DNA from: Candidatus Micrarchaeia archaeon
GTDB lineage: Archaea > Micrarchaeota > Micrarchaeia > CAILAH01
Assembly (NCBI GenBank): GCA_038740245.1
Contig: JAVYLZ010000002.1
Location: forward strand, 1-39,388
Reading direction: 5' to 3'
Length of the DNA: 39,388 nt
The notes beneath the pieces were generated by a model. It searched no databases. It was given only the letters and a program-made list of their open reading frames with translations, and was not told the DNA's origin. Shown piece by piece: positions 36,424 to 39,388 of this stretch (positions are counted from its first letter, which is position 1; every line of letters begins with the position of its first letter). The translations under genes were made by a program, and so were the position numbers.

Positions 36424-36984
36424 CTAAAGGAATTTTTTCCTAATGTATATGTAGCAGGCGTATAAGACGATTATAAGTGCACCTGCCGAGATGGTGGCAA
36501 GCTCAAAATTCGCTGATATTACCCTTATCGCCGCCTCGCCGTATGCCGACACTAAGATTGCCTCAGCGAAGAACCGTAGCCCCCGCCCAATAAGCGATAC
36601 AAGAAAAAGCGTCTTCAGGCCCATCCCCAGCGCGCCTGACAGTATTGTAAACACTTTATATGGGACAGGAGTGAGTGCTGCAAGTGCTAGTGCAAGCGGG
36701 CCGTGCTCCCCGTATATTTTTCTGGCCTGCTCCGTATGCTCCCGTGACACTATCTTCCCGACCAGCCGTTTCCCTGCAACAGAGCCGATGTAATGCCCGC
36801 CCAGCCCGCCAAGCGATGAAAATACGGTTGCAACAAGAGCATACAGCAGTGCGTTCTGCGGGTCTGCAAGCGCAAGCGGTATAAGTATAACATCGGGTGG
36901 CACCGGGAAGAAAACAGCTTCTATGAACGAGAGCACGGCAAGCCCCATAACCCCGAGATGAACCCACGATGCAGGATCAATCAA
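36424..36984 (-). CDS. YqaA/DedA (VTT domain) membrane protein
   Basis: SFIEAVFFPVPPD, S.LGG..G..IG, ALTPVPYKVFTI.SG, GRGLRF. Confidence 0.92.
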   Translation of the reverse strand: MIDPASWVHLGVMGLAVLSFIEAVFFPVPPDVILIPLALADPQNALLYALVATVFSSLGGLGGHYIGSVAGKRLVGKIVSREHTEQARKIYGEHGPLALALAALTPVPYKVFTILSGALGMGLKTLFLVSLIGRGLRFFAEAILVSAYGEAAIRVISANFELATISAGALIIVLYACYIYIRKKFL

Positions 36985-38297
36985 AATATCTCCTCATAAA
37001 ACAGGTCGGGCCCGCTTGCCTGTGACAGCTCGCCCGCATAATTTGTGAGCATGATCTCGCGCACTTTCTTTGCATCCTTTGACTGGCCGAGCGCCCAGCA
37101 CAGCTTGACAAACGCCGTCTCTGGAAGCCAGTCGCACAAGTGCCCTATAACCCCGGCCTCCTGCAGCATCCTGCCCGCAGTGTAAACGTTCAGGTTTATC
37201 CTTCCGTAAAGTGTCTGCGGTGCGATAACTACAACTACACCGGACCTTACCAGCCCTTCAATCTCCTTTATGATGGGCACAGCATTGCTGTCCCCGAACG
37301 GATTGGTTGGCACGTGGCCCATACCAGTGCCGGCAAGCACCACACCGTCATACTCAGAAAGGCCTGAGATGAATTTTGGCTTGATGCCCGGATGCACCCA
37401 TACAAGCGCCACATTATCGCTGAACTTTGAGTTAAGCTCCATTTTGCCTTCCCTTGGTGCATAGTCCCAGTTATACACAATCCTGCCGCCGCCAACGCTT
37501 GCAACCGGCCTTGCATTGATGCTCTTGAACGCATCCCGCCGTGAAGTATGCATTTTCCTGACACGCGTCCCAAGGTGCACATCACATCTCCCATCGTTTG
37601 TTGTAGAGTGCATGCACACGAACACGCCGGGCCTGCCGTTGAGCGCATACTCCAGCGAATTCAGGAAATTTTCCTTGTTATCCGAGGAGCCCCTGTCACT
37701 GCTGCGCTGCGCCCCGGTAAAAACGACTGGCCGCACGGGGTTTGAAATCATGAATGACACTGCCGCTGCGCTATACCCCAGGGTATCCGTGCCATGTGTC
37801 GCAACAACGCCTTTTCCATCCTTAAGCGCACCGTAAATCTCCTCGCCCATAATTCTCCAGTGCTCCTGCCGCACGTCCTCAGAAAGTATAGATGTAACAC
37901 CCCTGAATGAGCACTTGCCGGCGGCTTCCGGGAATGCGGAGGCGAATTCCTCAGGGGTTGTTGAAGGGAACACAGCCCCAGTCTTATACTCAACTTTTGA
38001 TGAGATGGTGCCGCCAAACATGAGCGCAACGGCCGGTGCATCACCGCGCCCCGCTGCCTTCGCCACGGCCTTTTGGCCATCTTTTCCATGGCGCTCGCAC
38101 AGCCTGATACTTTCACTGGCCTTTATGCCCACATTATAACCGTTTGGTAGCTTGAGCAGCAATGTGTCTGTCGGCTGCGTTGACGGGCTTTCAAGGAGGA
38201 TGCCGCGGTAAGTTCTCCCGTTGTGCTCAATCTCCACAACATCGCCTATTGAAATGCCCTTCTTAGAGAGCATCATAATCACATTATCACTGTACAT
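36981..38297 (-). CDS. gatD: Glu-tRNA(Gln) amidotransferase subunit D
   Basis: KL.NGYNVG, GGTISS.V.Y.TG.V, HGTDT, GAQRSSDRGSSD, RKMHTSRRDAF; start moved to MYSDN. Confidence 0.96.
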   Translation of the reverse strand: MYSDNVIMMLSKKGISIGDVVEIEHNGRTYRGILLESPSTQPTDTLLLKLPNGYNVGIKASESIRLCERHGKDGQKAVAKAAGRGDAPAVALMFGGTISSKVEYKTGAVFPSTTPEEFASAFPEAAGKCSFRGVTSILSEDVRQEHWRIMGEEIYGALKDGKGVVATHGTDTLGYSAAAVSFMISNPVRPVVFTGAQRSSDRGSSDNKENFLNSLEYALNGRPGVFVCMHSTTNDGRCDVHLGTRVRKMHTSRRDAFKSINARPVASVGGGRIVYNWDYAPREGKMELNSKFSDNVALVWVHPGIKPKFISGLSEYDGVVLAGTGMGHVPTNPFGDSNAVPIIKEIEGLVRSGVVVVIAPQTLYGRINLNVYTAGRMLQEAGVIGHLCDWLPETAFVKLCWALGQSKDAKKVREIMLTNYAGELSQASGPDLFYEEIF

Positions 38298-38298
38298 G

Positions 38299-39249
38299 CT
38301 ATAACCTCTTTTTAGCGTCCCACAATTCCTTGGCGCCCGCACTGCCAGCAGTGAACGCCTTCAGGAAATTATACACCAGCTCGCCAAGGTCTTCCACCCA
38401 GTACCCGCCTTCAAGCACGCCGAACACAGCGGCTTTCTCGCGCTCGGCGCACAACCGTATCGCCCCGCCTATCTTGCCGTATGTCTGTGCCTGCTTCACA
38501 GTGCTGACCGTCCCGAAAAACATATCCTTGTAATACGTGTTGAAGCCGGCGCACACCGCAATGACATCCGGCTTGGCCTGCGCCGAAAACTCAAGCAGCA
38601 CTTTCCTGAACCGCTCAACAAACTCGGCATCGCTCATCCAGAGCGGGTTTTCGCAATACCGCATCCTTGCGGTGCTTTCCCGCTCGCTGCCAAGGTACGG
38701 GTAGATTGAATCTGCGTGCTGGTGAAATGAGAGCAGCCACACGCGCCCGTCATCACGGAAAATATTATTGGTCCCGTTGCAGAAGTGAGCATCAAAATCA
38801 ATTATGAGCACGCGCTTGGCCTTATTTTCAGCGAGCAGCCGTGCGACCGCAACGGCCACATTATTTACGTATGCATACCCGCCAAAGAAATCACGGCCGG
38901 CGTTATTGCCCTTTGGCCTTGTAAGCGCAAACGCAAACTTCTTGTGCCTGACCGCATATTCTGCTGCGCTTATGGCGGCACCAGCGGACAGTGCAGCGCA
39001 CCTGTAGGTATGCGAGTCAATCGGCTCATCCGGGAAATATGCCTTTATGCGCTTGTAGTGCTTGATTTCATCAAGGTATTTCCTTGTGTGCACACGCTCC
39101 AAATCCTTTCTCGTGGCTGCCTTTGGTGGGGCAATGGTAAATTTCAGCCCGCATCTCCTTAGCCCATCAAGTATTGCTTTCAAGCGCTCCGGCGTATCCG
39201 GGAACTTCCCCTTAAACTCAAGCAGTTTCGGGCTGTAAAATATCCTCAC
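38299..39249 (-). CDS. Histone deacetylase family protein with substituted catalytic residues
   Basis: P..PERL, RVH...Y, SAG, RPKGNNA, NNVAVA, DFDAH..NGT, S.HQ, AGFN, LEGGY. Confidence 0.88.
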   Translation of the reverse strand: MRIFYSPKLLEFKGKFPDTPERLKAILDGLRRCGLKFTIAPPKAATRKDLERVHTRKYLDEIKHYKRIKAYFPDEPIDSHTYRCAALSAGAAISAAEYAVRHKKFAFALTRPKGNNAGRDFFGGYAYVNNVAVAVARLLAENKAKRVLIIDFDAHFCNGTNNIFRDDGRVWLLSFHQHADSIYPYLGSERESTARMRYCENPLWMSDAEFVERFRKVLLEFSAQAKPDVIAVCAGFNTYYKDMFFGTVSTVKQAQTYGKIGGAIRLCAEREKAAVFGVLEGGYWVEDLGELVYNFLKAFTAGSAGAKELWDAKKRL

Positions 39250-39388
39250 GCCTTACCACACCCCCCTGCAAAGGCCAGCACGGCCAGCACCAGCAAAAGC
39301 GCACCGAAAGAGGGGCACGCACCGCCTGCGTCCGGCACAGGCACATCCACATCCGTTACGTTTTCAAGGCCGCTGCTTATGCCCTCAA
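39246..39388 (-). CDS. 3' end of a surface protein with Cys-led C-terminal anchor (partial)
   Basis: ...EGISSGLENVTDVDVPVPDAGGACPSFGALLLVLAVLAFAGGCGKA*; TGA overlaps the GTG start of the next gene. Confidence 0.65.
   Translation of the reverse strand, partial: EGISSGLENVTDVDVPVPDAGGACPSFGALLLVLAVLAFAGGCGKA

Noticed and set aside
338-39162. Numerous antisense and nested ORFs of 60-230 aa
   Set aside because: Shadows of real genes, with no recognisable motifs

Overview
Gene-dense archaeal chromosome segment (about 50-55% GC by eye). Marker genes (fibrillarin, Cdc6/Orc1, class I LysRS, GatD, NAC, Dph6, short AlaRS, PRC-barrel protein), a multi-intron tRNA and very tight packing suggest a DPANN archaeon, possibly Micrarchaeota (inference). 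I call about 42 CDS, one frameshifted CPA1 antiporter pseudogene and a tRNA-Trp(CCA) with two introns (37/38 and 58/59). The first intron carries C/D-type guide elements against its own tRNA. The most unusual feature is an AT-rich 334-bp cassette (17256-17589) bounded by 18-bp inverted repeats. It holds a stand-alone Cas2-like ORF preceded by a perfect 20-bp palindrome. It sits where strand G/C asymmetry appears to flip, beside wHTH and PRC-barrel genes and about 7 kb from cdc6, making it a candidate replication origin/terminus module. Other items of note: an unannotated 49-aa 78%-acidic peptide, a 1283-aa membrane-anchored protein, three enzyme fusions (PAP2-polyprenol kinase, AsnB-Dph6, DUF357-Nudix), two probable pseudo-enzymes (HDAC, Nudix), an orphan secretion ATPase and a candidate small RNA. 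All calls come from motif reading by eye; no searches were run.
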